Shown in pieces: positions 25,743 to 34,413 of a stretch of 52,092 nucleotides of DNA. The position numbers were made by a program, and so were the translations under genes. The stretch lies in assembly GCA_009691505.1 (NCBI GenBank), contig SICJ01000001.1:1-52092 (forward strand), in the 5' to 3' direction. The notes beneath the pieces are model-generated. The model was not told where the DNA came from. It was given only the letters and a program-made list of their open reading frames with translations, and made no database searches. Position 1 is the first letter of the stretch, and every line of letters begins with the position of its first letter. This DNA comes from Candidatus Parcubacteria bacterium (GTDB lineage Bacteria > Patescibacteriota > Minisyncoccia > Phycocordibacterales > CALRHW01).

Positions 25743-26321
25743 TTAAAACGGCAAGGTAAATGTCATCGCATCACCACTGTCTTTTTTCTCCCAGTTGGAA
25801 GTATCTAGTTTGATATCAATGATAGCATTTCCTTCTTTAAATTTTAACGCGTTGTTTTTTAGCGCGTATTCGTAAACGTCTTTTGTGATTTTTACGTCGT
25901 CCAGACAGTATTTTTTTACTTTTTCATATTCGCCTTTTGCCCACCACATCGTAGCTTCCAGTCCGTGTCCAGATTTTCTGACGCCGAGTGTGCCCTCGGC
26001 TATCTGGTCTAGTTTCATCCTTCGTCCAAAACTATTTTTTATTTCTTTTAAAATATCTACGTGACGGATTTTACCGAGGTCGCCTTGATAATATTTATTT
26101 AAAAGAGGTAAGTCAAAATGCTCGGAATTAAAACCGATAAGTAAATCCGCTTTTTCCAAAATAGGCCATAGCTTGCCGAGGTCTTTTTGTTCAAAGGCAG
26201 TATAAGAGTCGGTTTCAGAATCATAAATTCCCACCACAGAAATGTCCAAAAGAGAGGGGTCGTTTTTACCAACGTCAGAAAAAAGATTACTTGTTTCAAT
26301 ATCAAAGACTATTTTTCTCAT
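25743..26321 (-). CDS. Stand-alone DEDDy-type 3'-5' exonuclease domain protein
   Basis: ExoI VFDIETSN, ExoII GFNSEHFDLPLL and ExoIII YCLDDVKITKDVY. The ORF extends to GTG 26348. Confidence 0.65.
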   Translation of the reverse strand: MRKIVFDIETSNLFSDVGKNDPSLLDISVVGIYDSETDSYTAFEQKDLGKLWPILEKADLLIGFNSEHFDLPLLNKYYQGDLGKIRHVDILKEIKNSFGRRMKLDQIAEGTLGVRKSGHGLEATMWWAKGEYEKVKKYCLDDVKITKDVYEYALKNNALKFKEGNAIIDIKLDTSNWEKKDSGDAMTFTLPF

Positions 26322-26348
26322 TTTGATTAGATTAAATTTTTCAGACAC

Positions 26349-27635
26349 TTAAACCAACATCTTTGCAATTTTTTCTATTTCATCAAAACCAAATTCCAAT
26401 TCCTCGCGTGTGGCGAGATTTTTTATTTTAAGTTTTTTGCTATCAATTTCTTTTTTGCCGATAATCGCGAGAAAAGGAATGTGGTCGTTTGTAGCTTTTT
26501 TTATTTGGTCGCCCACATTTTTACCTGTGTAATCTACCGCCACGTTTACGCCGATAGCGCGTAAAGAATCTGCGAGAGTCTGTGCAGTAGGAAAAGCATC
26601 GTCAATGACGCCGAGATAAAGATTGGTCGTAGAAGTGTAAGCTGGCAAAAGTCCGTGAGTTTCAAGGAAATCTTTTATTGTGACATCTCCCGCACCAAAA
26701 CCCACAGCAGAGACTTTTTCGTTTCCAAAAATAGAAAGTAGGTCGTCGTAACGTCCACCACCAAAAAGTGCGCGTTTATTTTTTGGGTCTGTGTCAAAAA
26801 TTTCAAATACAATTCCTGTGTAATAATCCAAACCGCGCACAATAGTAGAATCAAAAAGCACATTTGTAACACCGACAGATGCTAGACCGTCTATGAGGTC
26901 CATTAGATTTTTCACAAGGGGATTGTCTTCGCCGAGAGTTTTTATAAGTTTTTGATTTGATTCAATCGTTTCTAAAAATTCTTCGACGTGTTTGTTTATT
27001 TTGAAAATACCCTCAAGTGTTGCTTTGAAAACTTCAATTGGATTTTTACTTTTTTTATCAAGAGCTTTGGAGACTTGTACGACCTCTTCTTCTGTGAGCT
27101 TATATTTTTCATATAAAGCATTCATTATTCGGCGGTCGTTTATCTTTATCACAAAATCACTTTCTTTTGCGCCAAAATTTTTCATCAAGCTGTGCGCGAG
27201 AGAAAGCATTTCTTTTTCCGCTTCATTACTTTCAACACCAAAAATATCTACGTTGAGTTGCCAATGTTCACGAAGTCGTCCACGTTGAGGTTGTTCATAG
27301 CGAAAAATATTTGGAATAGAATACCAACGCAAAGGAAAAGAGAGTTCGCGTTTTTTTCCTGCGACCATTCGTGCAAGAGTCGGCGTCATTTCTGGACGCA
27401 AAGTAACGTCGCGGTCGCCACGGTCTTTGAAAGAATACGTTTGTTCGCTCACGAGTTCCTCTCCAGATTTTGCTTGATAAAGTTCTGTCGGCTCTAAAAT
27501 AGATGCGCTGTATTCGCTATAACCAAAACTTTCTGCGGTCTCACGCATTTTTTTAAATATAAAGTTTTGCACGGACATATCTTCTGGATAAAAGTCGCGC
27601 ACGCCTTTGTATGATTCTGTGGAAATCTTTTTCAT
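26349..27635 (-). CDS. hisS: Histidine--tRNA ligase
   Basis: Class II motifs LRPEMTPTLARMV, FRYEQPQRGRLREHWQLNVDIFG, GGGRYDDL and GFGAGD. Confidence 0.95.
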   Translation of the reverse strand: MKKISTESYKGVRDFYPEDMSVQNFIFKKMRETAESFGYSEYSASILEPTELYQAKSGEELVSEQTYSFKDRGDRDVTLRPEMTPTLARMVAGKKRELSFPLRWYSIPNIFRYEQPQRGRLREHWQLNVDIFGVESNEAEKEMLSLAHSLMKNFGAKESDFVIKINDRRIMNALYEKYKLTEEEVVQVSKALDKKSKNPIEVFKATLEGIFKINKHVEEFLETIESNQKLIKTLGEDNPLVKNLMDLIDGLASVGVTNVLFDSTIVRGLDYYTGIVFEIFDTDPKNKRALFGGGRYDDLLSIFGNEKVSAVGFGAGDVTIKDFLETHGLLPAYTSTTNLYLGVIDDAFPTAQTLADSLRAIGVNVAVDYTGKNVGDQIKKATNDHIPFLAIIGKKEIDSKKLKIKNLATREELEFGFDEIEKIAKMLV

Positions 27636-27675
27636 AGGTAAATTGTAGCTAAATTTTGGCTATTCTACAAGATAA

Positions 27676-27793
27676 CCGCAAAACTCAAAAATACTTTTAA
27701 AATGCACGCGTAAATCGTTGCTACGATTTCTGCTCCGCTCGGCGCCGTCCTCGCCTGCGCGAGACATTTGAAAATCATTTATGAGTTTTACGG
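27676..27793 (+). repeat. Palindromic intergenic element, copy C (core 27704..27763), in the hisS/truB divergent region
   Basis: The arms ccgcaaaactcaaaaatacttttaaaatg / acatttgaaaatcatttatgagttttacgg flank the conserved core. The right arm overlaps the TTG-initiated 5' end of the truB ORF. Confidence 0.85.
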
Positions 27794-27806
27794 ATTGTTA
27801 TGTAGA

Positions 27807-28619
27807 ATGAGACCTATGCCCATATCTTTGTATAAAAAAATTGGTGAAACTCCGCTTGGACGCATTGAAAGGCTCCGCAACGAGTCTTTGGAGTATAAAG
27901 ACGCTACGCTGAGCTACGCGGGGCGTTTAGACCCTGTGGCAGAGGGTGTAATGCTCGTGCTCGTCGGCGAGGAAAACAAAAACCGCGAGAAATATCTCGG
28001 TTTAGAAAAAGAATATGAGTTTGATGTGTTGTGGGGAGTAGAGACAGATACTTATGATGTGCTCGGGAAAATCACTGCAAGTCACGACGTCACCAGCGAG
28101 CATAATTTTGAGCTTGATTCAGGACCAGATAAAGAAAAAATAAAGAAATTATTAGAAAAATATAAAGGGAAGATAAAGCAAAAATATCCGCCTTATTCCT
28201 CCCAGCCAGTAAAGGGTCGTCCGCTTTTTGAATGGGCGCGTGACGGAAAAATAGATCAGATTGAAATTCCAGAAAAGGAAATTGAAATAAAGGAAATTTC
28301 TCTGCTCGGGCAATCTGCGATTTCCGCAGTAGATTTAAAAAAGAAAATTTTAGAAAATATTTTTTTAGTGAAAGGAGATTTTCGGCAGGAAGAAATAGCA
28401 GCAGGTTGGAATACTTTTTTCATCAATTTTGCGAAACATTTAGCTCAAAATTCGACGGTAAAATTTTATATATCTACATTTCGCGCGGTTGTGACGAGTG
28501 GCGCATATATGCGAGGTCTCGCAGATTCATTTGGAAAAGAGCTCGGACTAGGCGCGCTTGCGTTGCGTATCGTGCGGACAAGGGTGGGGGAATACAAGAT
28601 TGAGGATTCAATACACTAA
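27807..28619 (+). CDS. truB: tRNA pseudouridine synthase, TruB family
   Basis: GRLDPVAEGVMLVLVGEENK catalytic-Asp motif and EYEFDVLWG. The ATG at 27807 or 27816 is preferred over TTG 27768, which lies inside the repeat arm. Confidence 0.8.
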   Translation: MRPMPISLYKKIGETPLGRIERLRNESLEYKDATLSYAGRLDPVAEGVMLVLVGEENKNREKYLGLEKEYEFDVLWGVETDTYDVLGKITASHDVTSEHNFELDSGPDKEKIKKLLEKYKGKIKQKYPPYSSQPVKGRPLFEWARDGKIDQIEIPEKEIEIKEISLLGQSAISAVDLKKKILENIFLVKGDFRQEEIAAGWNTFFINFAKHLAQNSTVKFYISTFRAVVTSGAYMRGLADSFGKELGLGALALRIVRTRVGEYKIEDSIH

Positions 28620-28624
28620 CACAG

Positions 28625-28721
28625 CAAAATAGCTTTTGAAAAGACTCGCACAGGCGCGTCGGCGCCGAGCGGAGCAGAAATCCCAGCGGGGATTTACGCG
28701 TGCTTTTCAAAAGCTATTTTG
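28625..28721 (-). repeat. Palindromic intergenic element, copy D, inverted orientation (core 28645..28703)
   Basis: The 19-nt arms caaaatagcttttgaaaag / cttttcaaaagctattttg flank the reverse-complemented core. It lies between the convergent truB and typA stops. Confidence 0.9.
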
Positions 28722-28729
28722 AGTAGTTT

Positions 28730-30487
28730 CTATTTCTCCTTCCAATCTTTTTTACGGAGTCTCACACTTCCCGGAGTAATTTCAATAAAATCATCCTCAG
28801 CCATTATTTCCATCGCGCGTTCTATCGTGAGTTTAAAAGGTGGCACAAGGAAAATTCCTTCGTCAGAACCAGACGCGCGCATATTTGTGAGCTGTTTACC
28901 TTTTGTAGGATTTACATACATATTTTCGCCCTTGGTCACGTTTCCTACAATCATTCCTTCGTACACCTCAGCAGTCGGTGCGATATATAGAACGCCACGA
29001 TCTTGTAAATTCCAAAGTGAAAAGGCGAGTGCTTTTCCACCAGTCATTGAAACCATAGAACCATAAGCCTGCTTTTTTATTTCTCCAACGTGCGGTTTAA
29101 ATTCTGTAAATCTGCTAGAAATAATTCCTTCACCTTTTGTATCAATCACAAATTGTCCGCGATAACCGAGCAGTCCGCGTGTAGGTATTTCAAAAACAAT
29201 TCTCTGATGACCATGCGCATCTTTCATATTTGTAATGATACCTTTTCGTTCACCGAGTCTTGCGATAACGGCTCCAGAAGATTCCGCAGGCACGTCTACA
29301 ATCACTTCTTCAAACGGCTCAAAAGTTTCTCCGCCAACTTCTTTCAAAATTACGTTTGGTTGCGACACCTGTAATTCAAATCCTTCGCGTCGCATATTTT
29401 CTAGCAAAATCGCAATGTGAAGCTCGCCACGTCCATACACTTCAAACTTGTCGCCTTTATCAAAATTTATTTTTAGCCCGACGTTTATTTCAAGCTCTTT
29501 TTCTAAACGTTCGCGAATCTGGCGGCCAGTTACAAATTTTCCTTCGCGTCCAGCAAACGGCGAATCATTTACAAAAAAGTTTAGGGAAATAGTTGGCTCG
29601 TCAATTTTAATAGCAGGCAAAGCTTCTTGCTCTACGGAAACGCAAATAGTTTCGCCGATATAAATCTGAGGCAACCCAGCAATCATCACAATATCACCTG
29701 CGACAGCCTCTGTAATTTCTTTTTTCGTCACACCTTCAAATGTAAAAATTTTAATAAGTTTTCCAACATAGCTCGTGCCGTCTACGCGTTTTACGATGAG
29801 TGGATCGCCCACTTTTACTTTCCCTTCATATACACGACACACAGCGAGACGTCCTAGAAAATTGTCATAACCTAGGTTAAAAGTTTGCATACGAAGTGGC
29901 GCTGACACGTCGTTCTTCGCTGGAGGCACTTCACGTAAAATAGTATCAAGAAGGGGAGTCAAATCTTTTGATTCATCTTCAAGTTTCATTTTTGCTATAC
30001 CTTCACGACCAATAGCGTATACGATAGTAAAATCCATTTGCTCGTCATTTGCGCCGAGGTCAAAAAATAGTTCCAGCACTTCGTCGGCCACTTCTTTGCA
30101 TCTAGACGCAGGTTTGTCTATTTTATTGATAACGACTATCGGTTTTAGTCCAAGTTCTAGGGATTTTTTTAGCACAAAACGGGTTTGGGGCATTGGGCCT
30201 TCTTGCGCGTCCACTACGAGAAGCACTGTATCTATGGAGCGAAGCACGCGTTCCACTTCTGAGCCGAAGTCGCTATGACCTGGTGTGTCCACGATGTTGA
30301 TTTTTGTATCTTTGAAAAAAATAGATGTATTTTTTGCATAGATAGTAATGCCACGTTCTAGCTCTAGCGCGTTTGAGTCCATAGTAGCCCCCTCCTCAGA
30401 AACACCAGTTTGCTTCATTAGAGCGTCTGTAAGCGTCGTTTTTCCATGGTCCACGTGGGCGATGATTGCGATGTTTCGGATTTCCAT
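28730..30487 (-). CDS. typA: Translational GTPase TypA/BipA
   Basis: IAIIAHVDHGKTTLTDALM, DTPGHSDFG and NKIDK; EF-G-like domain order; 585 aa. Confidence 0.95.
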   Translation of the reverse strand: MEIRNIAIIAHVDHGKTTLTDALMKQTGVSEEGATMDSNALELERGITIYAKNTSIFFKDTKINIVDTPGHSDFGSEVERVLRSIDTVLLVVDAQEGPMPQTRFVLKKSLELGLKPIVVINKIDKPASRCKEVADEVLELFFDLGANDEQMDFTIVYAIGREGIAKMKLEDESKDLTPLLDTILREVPPAKNDVSAPLRMQTFNLGYDNFLGRLAVCRVYEGKVKVGDPLIVKRVDGTSYVGKLIKIFTFEGVTKKEITEAVAGDIVMIAGLPQIYIGETICVSVEQEALPAIKIDEPTISLNFFVNDSPFAGREGKFVTGRQIRERLEKELEINVGLKINFDKGDKFEVYGRGELHIAILLENMRREGFELQVSQPNVILKEVGGETFEPFEEVIVDVPAESSGAVIARLGERKGIITNMKDAHGHQRIVFEIPTRGLLGYRGQFVIDTKGEGIISSRFTEFKPHVGEIKKQAYGSMVSMTGGKALAFSLWNLQDRGVLYIAPTAEVYEGMIVGNVTKGENMYVNPTKGKQLTNMRASGSDEGIFLVPPFKLTIERAMEIMAEDDFIEITPGSVRLRKKDWKEK

Positions 30488-30517
30488 TTTTTTATATAAG
30501 GTTAAAATTTAAGTTGA

Positions 30518-30874
30518 ATGTCTAGTAAAGCAGGAAAATTTAAAAGAGTCAATATGCATGCCATGCACAGGCGACGCGATAGGTTTGTTTTAAGCGACAG
30601 GAGTTGGTATAATAACACCAACATGAATGATTCCATCGGTTTAAACTTTTTACCTGTAATACTCGCGTATGTCAATCGAGGTGCAATTTGGTGGATTTTT
30701 GTTGCTGTCTGCGTGGTTTTTGTCGTCTTTACTTCCGTTCTCGTTTTCCATTGGGAAAGATACGGAAGAAATAATCTAATAATTATTCTTGCAGAAGTTG
30801 TTTATCTTGTTGTATCTGTTCAGATTGTTTCGCTCGCTTATTCTTCAATTATATCTTTTTTAAACCATGCTTAA
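30518..30874 (+). CDS. Small hypothetical membrane protein
   Basis: Two predicted TM helices (WWIFVAVCVVFVVFTSVLVF, IIILAEVVYLVVSVQIV). It overlaps the next gene by 8 nt; the start is uncertain. Confidence 0.4.
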   Translation: MSSKAGKFKRVNMHAMHRRRDRFVLSDRSWYNNTNMNDSIGLNFLPVILAYVNRGAIWWIFVAVCVVFVVFTSVLVFHWERYGRNNLIIILAEVVYLVVSVQIVSLAYSSIISFLNHA

Positions 30875-31400
30875 TCTAGATTTAGAGCACGGAGAGTCAA
30901 TAATTTTGGAAGTACGCAAACACTGGTTTGTGCTTTTAGGTATAATCTTTGCTGTTGTGTTTGGTGTTCTTATTCCAATTGTACTGAAGTTTGTTGTTTT
31001 CAAATACAATTTTTTACCACTCCAAGATATTTTTATGGAGTATGAGTTTCTTTTAAAATTTTTTTATTATGTGTGGGTTTTGTTTTTGTGGGTATTTTTC
31101 TTTATTCAGTGGACCAAATATTTTTTAGACGTTTGGTATGTGACGCAAAAAAGAATTATTGATGTAGATCAAAAAGCTATTTTTCGTAGGGAAGTTTCAA
31201 ATCTTCGTTTTGATAAAATTCAAGACATAAGTATTGAAGTGAGCGGAGTGATCGCGACGATGTTGAATTTTGGTGATATACGTGTGCAAACAGCAGCCGA
31301 AGATAGTAGTGAATTTTTTATGAAAGGTGTAAGAAATCCAGAACACGTAAGAAAAATAATTTTTAGTCAGCACAATTTTGAAGTAAAAACAGAACTTTAA
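30867..31400 (+). CDS. Bacterial PH-domain (bPH_2/YdbS-YdbT-like) membrane protein
   Basis: Two N-terminal TM helices followed by FRREVSNLRFDKIQDISIEVSGVIATMLNFGDIRVQTA. Confidence 0.6.
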   Translation: MLNLDLEHGESIILEVRKHWFVLLGIIFAVVFGVLIPIVLKFVVFKYNFLPLQDIFMEYEFLLKFFYYVWVLFLWVFFFIQWTKYFLDVWYVTQKRIIDVDQKAIFRREVSNLRFDKIQDISIEVSGVIATMLNFGDIRVQTAAEDSSEFFMKGVRNPEHVRKIIFSQHNFEVKTEL

Positions 31401-31416
31401 TTTTTTAATTTATTTT

Positions 31417-32049
31417 TTGATTGTGAAAAAAGAAAATCCTAAAAAAGATGATGGAGATTTGCAAAGCGACAAGCTCGGCGCTTTTGAATTTAAATCAAAA
31501 ACGCTTTCTTATGATCAAAACAAACCCCGCAACCGTGCGGATTATTTAAAATGGCTTACAGACGAAGAAGTGAAAAAATATCTTACCGAACAAAAGTTAA
31601 ATTATGGCGTGCTTATTATGAATCTTTTGTATGACAATAATGCAGGAAACATCGTGCGTAGTGCAAACGCATTCGGTGCAAGTGAAATTATTTTATATGG
31701 ACACAAAACTTTTGACCGTAGAGCGAGTGTAGGCTCAGAATTTTATGAATATTTTAGACATATTAAATTTACAGAGGACATAGATGCGATTTTTGCAGAA
31801 TATGAGGTTGTGGTGGCGGTGGAAAATAACTCAGGTGCTATGCCACTTGCAGATTTTAAATGGAATCCTACGCAAAAAACTTTAATGATTTTTGGCCAAG
31901 AAAGCGGTGGAATTCCGAAAGAAATTTTAAATAAATGCGACCATGTTGTGGAGATTTCACAGTTTGGAAGTGTCCGTTCATTAAATGTCGCTGTCGCAGC
32001 TGGAATTATAATGAATGATTATTGCACAAAAACCCGCGGGAATATATAA
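31417..32049 (+). CDS. SpoU/TrmH-family RNA 2'-O-methyltransferase
   Basis: NAGNIVRSANAFGA, IFGQESGGIP and SLNVAVAAGIIMNDY motifs. Confidence 0.8.
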   Translation: MIVKKENPKKDDGDLQSDKLGAFEFKSKTLSYDQNKPRNRADYLKWLTDEEVKKYLTEQKLNYGVLIMNLLYDNNAGNIVRSANAFGASEIILYGHKTFDRRASVGSEFYEYFRHIKFTEDIDAIFAEYEVVVAVENNSGAMPLADFKWNPTQKTLMIFGQESGGIPKEILNKCDHVVEISQFGSVRSLNVAVAAGIIMNDYCTKTRGNI

Positions 32050-32084
32050 TTGGTGAACTGTACTACTTTGTAACACTCATTTGA

Positions 32085-33308
32085 GTGTTTGTGAAAAATT
32101 TAAAAATTGAGCGCGAGCTAAAAATCACCCGTGAACTTGCTCGTGCGCCAGACGTTTTTGTTATTGATTTTGTAAATGCAATTTTAGAAGATGCGTTTTT
32201 TTTGCGTGCTTCAGATATTCATTTACACCCAAGCGAGGAGTCTATAATAATTCGTTTTCGCGTTGATGGAATTTTGTGTGACGTATCTACTTTTTCCCAT
32301 CATATTTTTTCTAAGGTTGTTTTGCGTTTAAAAATTATTTCAAATCTACGTACTGATGAGCATAAAACTCCACAAGACGGACGTTTTCGTTATTCTTTAG
32401 AAAACACGTCTTTTGATGTGCGGATTTCTTTTGTGCCGACACATTATGGAGAAAGTGTTGTTTTGCGTTTACTCACAAACACTTTAGGGGACAACACACT
32501 TTCTGGTCTAGGTTTTTTGGCGAGTGATGAAGAAAATATTTTGCGTGAAATAAAAAGACAAAACGGAATGATACTGATGACTGGTCCGACAGGCTCGGGG
32601 AAAACGACGACTCTGTACACTCTTGTTAGACTTTTAAATCGTAAAGAAAATTCAATAATCACGATTGAAGATCCTATAGAATATGCTCTTGCTGGGATAA
32701 AACAAATTCAAACACAGCCACGTGTCGGTCTCACTTTTGCAAATGGGCTACGTTCTATTTTACGCCAAGATCCAGACATCATTATGGTCGGAGAAATACG
32801 CGACAACGAAACCGCTCAAATCGCAATCAACACGGCTTTGACTGGACATTTATTACTCTCTACTTTGCATACGGTGGATTGTGCTACTACTATTCCACGT
32901 TTTCTTGATATGGGAATAGAGCCGTTTTTAGTCGCGTCTACTTTACGTCTTGTGATTGCGCAACGTTTGGTTAGGAAAATTTGCGTGCATTGTAAAGTGG
33001 CGCGTCCGATGTCTATGGCAGAAAAAGAAACATTACACAATATTTATGGTCATGATTTACAGAATGCTTTTTATGGAATTGGTTGCAAAAATTGTGCGCA
33101 TAGTGGTTATAACGGTAGGGTTGTGGTAAACGAAATACTCGTTGTTGATGATCTTATTCGTGATGCGATAATCGCGCGACTTTCTGCGGTGCAAATAAAA
33201 AATATTGCGATGAAGCACGGAATGGTATCGCTCGTCGTTGACGGTTTGCGAAAAGTAGAGATGGGTCTGACTACAATAGAAGAAATTTTTAGATGTCTCC
33301 ATGATTAA
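32085..33308 (+). CDS. Type II/IV secretion-family assembly ATPase (PilB/GspE/ComGA-like)
   Basis: Walker A GPTGSGKTTTLY, Asp box, Walker B IIMVGEIRD, His box LLSTLHT, and tetracysteine CVHCKV...CKNCAHSGYNGR. Confidence 0.88.
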   Translation: MFVKNLKIERELKITRELARAPDVFVIDFVNAILEDAFFLRASDIHLHPSEESIIIRFRVDGILCDVSTFSHHIFSKVVLRLKIISNLRTDEHKTPQDGRFRYSLENTSFDVRISFVPTHYGESVVLRLLTNTLGDNTLSGLGFLASDEENILREIKRQNGMILMTGPTGSGKTTTLYTLVRLLNRKENSIITIEDPIEYALAGIKQIQTQPRVGLTFANGLRSILRQDPDIIMVGEIRDNETAQIAINTALTGHLLLSTLHTVDCATTIPRFLDMGIEPFLVASTLRLVIAQRLVRKICVHCKVARPMSMAEKETLHNIYGHDLQNAFYGIGCKNCAHSGYNGRVVVNEILVVDDLIRDAIIARLSAVQIKNIAMKHGMVSLVVDGLRKVEMGLTTIEEIFRCLHD

Positions 33309-34413
33309 AAAATTATTAAAAATAAAAAAAATATTTCGCAAACTGTGGGGATTTGGTTTTTTTGGTGCCCAGCTTTCGTTTCGTGAACAAGCGTATTTTA
33401 CTTCGCGTCTTTCTTTTTTAATTGGTGCAGAGATTTCGCTCACTCGTAGTTTAGAAATGCTTCTTGCTCAATCACGGAAAGAAAAGGAGAAAAAAATGCT
33501 TCGCAATATTATTTCAGATGTTTTCAAGGGGGATTTTCTTTCTACAAGTTTAGCTCATTCTCGACCAAAGTTTAACAAGCTCGCTGTGCAAATCATTAAG
33601 ACTGGAGAGATGACGGGGACACTCTGTGCAAATTTACAGCATGTTTCAAACGAACTTAAAAAAAGGCAGTTACTTTGGCAAAAAATAATTGGTGCATTAT
33701 TTTATCCGCTCTGTATTGGTGTGGCTACTATTGGAGTAACTGGAATGATTACTCTATATATACTACCCAAAATCACACCGATTTTTTCTAGCTTAAATGC
33801 AAAACTACCGCTTAGTACGAGAATTCTTTTAGGATTTCACGCGACGATTGTGGAGTATGGAATTTATCTAGTGATAATGTTTCTGATTATTGTTTTTACG
33901 ACAATTTTCTGTTTCAAAAAATACGATAAATTTAGAATACAATTTGAATTACTTTATCTAAAAATCCCACTGTTTGGAGCGATGTTGCAATATTATGAAG
34001 TTGCGCAAACATTTAGAACACTTGGACTTTTATTAAAAAGTAATGTACCACTTAAAGACGCACTACAAAATATTTCTTTTGGCTGTTTAGGTGCTGTGTA
34101 TAAAAAAGAATATCTGACGCTTTCAGAATTTGTCACCCAAGGAATGCCTATGTCGCGTTTTCTTGCGACAAAACCTGCACTCTTTCCGCTCATGGTCAGC
34201 CAAATGCTTTCAGTCGGCGAATCTTCAGGCAATCTCGTAGAAGTGTCCATTTATATTTCCGAATATTTTGAGCGAGAGCTTGATGAAATTATTAAAAAAC
34301 TCGGAAGCTCGCTTGAGCCGATACTGATGGTCGTGATGGGTGTGATTGTGGGATTTGTTGCTATTTCTGTGATTACTCCGATATATGAGATTACTCAAAA
34401 TATTAAAAAATAG
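33301..34413 (+). CDS. Type IV pilus / T2SS platform protein (PilC/GspF/ComGB-like)
   Basis: Two GspF-like repeats with TM segments. The start overlaps the ATPase stop (ATGATTAA). Confidence 0.85.
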   Translation: MIKKLLKIKKIFRKLWGFGFFGAQLSFREQAYFTSRLSFLIGAEISLTRSLEMLLAQSRKEKEKKMLRNIISDVFKGDFLSTSLAHSRPKFNKLAVQIIKTGEMTGTLCANLQHVSNELKKRQLLWQKIIGALFYPLCIGVATIGVTGMITLYILPKITPIFSSLNAKLPLSTRILLGFHATIVEYGIYLVIMFLIIVFTTIFCFKKYDKFRIQFELLYLKIPLFGAMLQYYEVAQTFRTLGLLLKSNVPLKDALQNISFGCLGAVYKKEYLTLSEFVTQGMPMSRFLATKPALFPLMVSQMLSVGESSGNLVEVSIYISEYFERELDEIIKKLGSSLEPILMVVMGVIVGFVAISVITPIYEITQNIKK

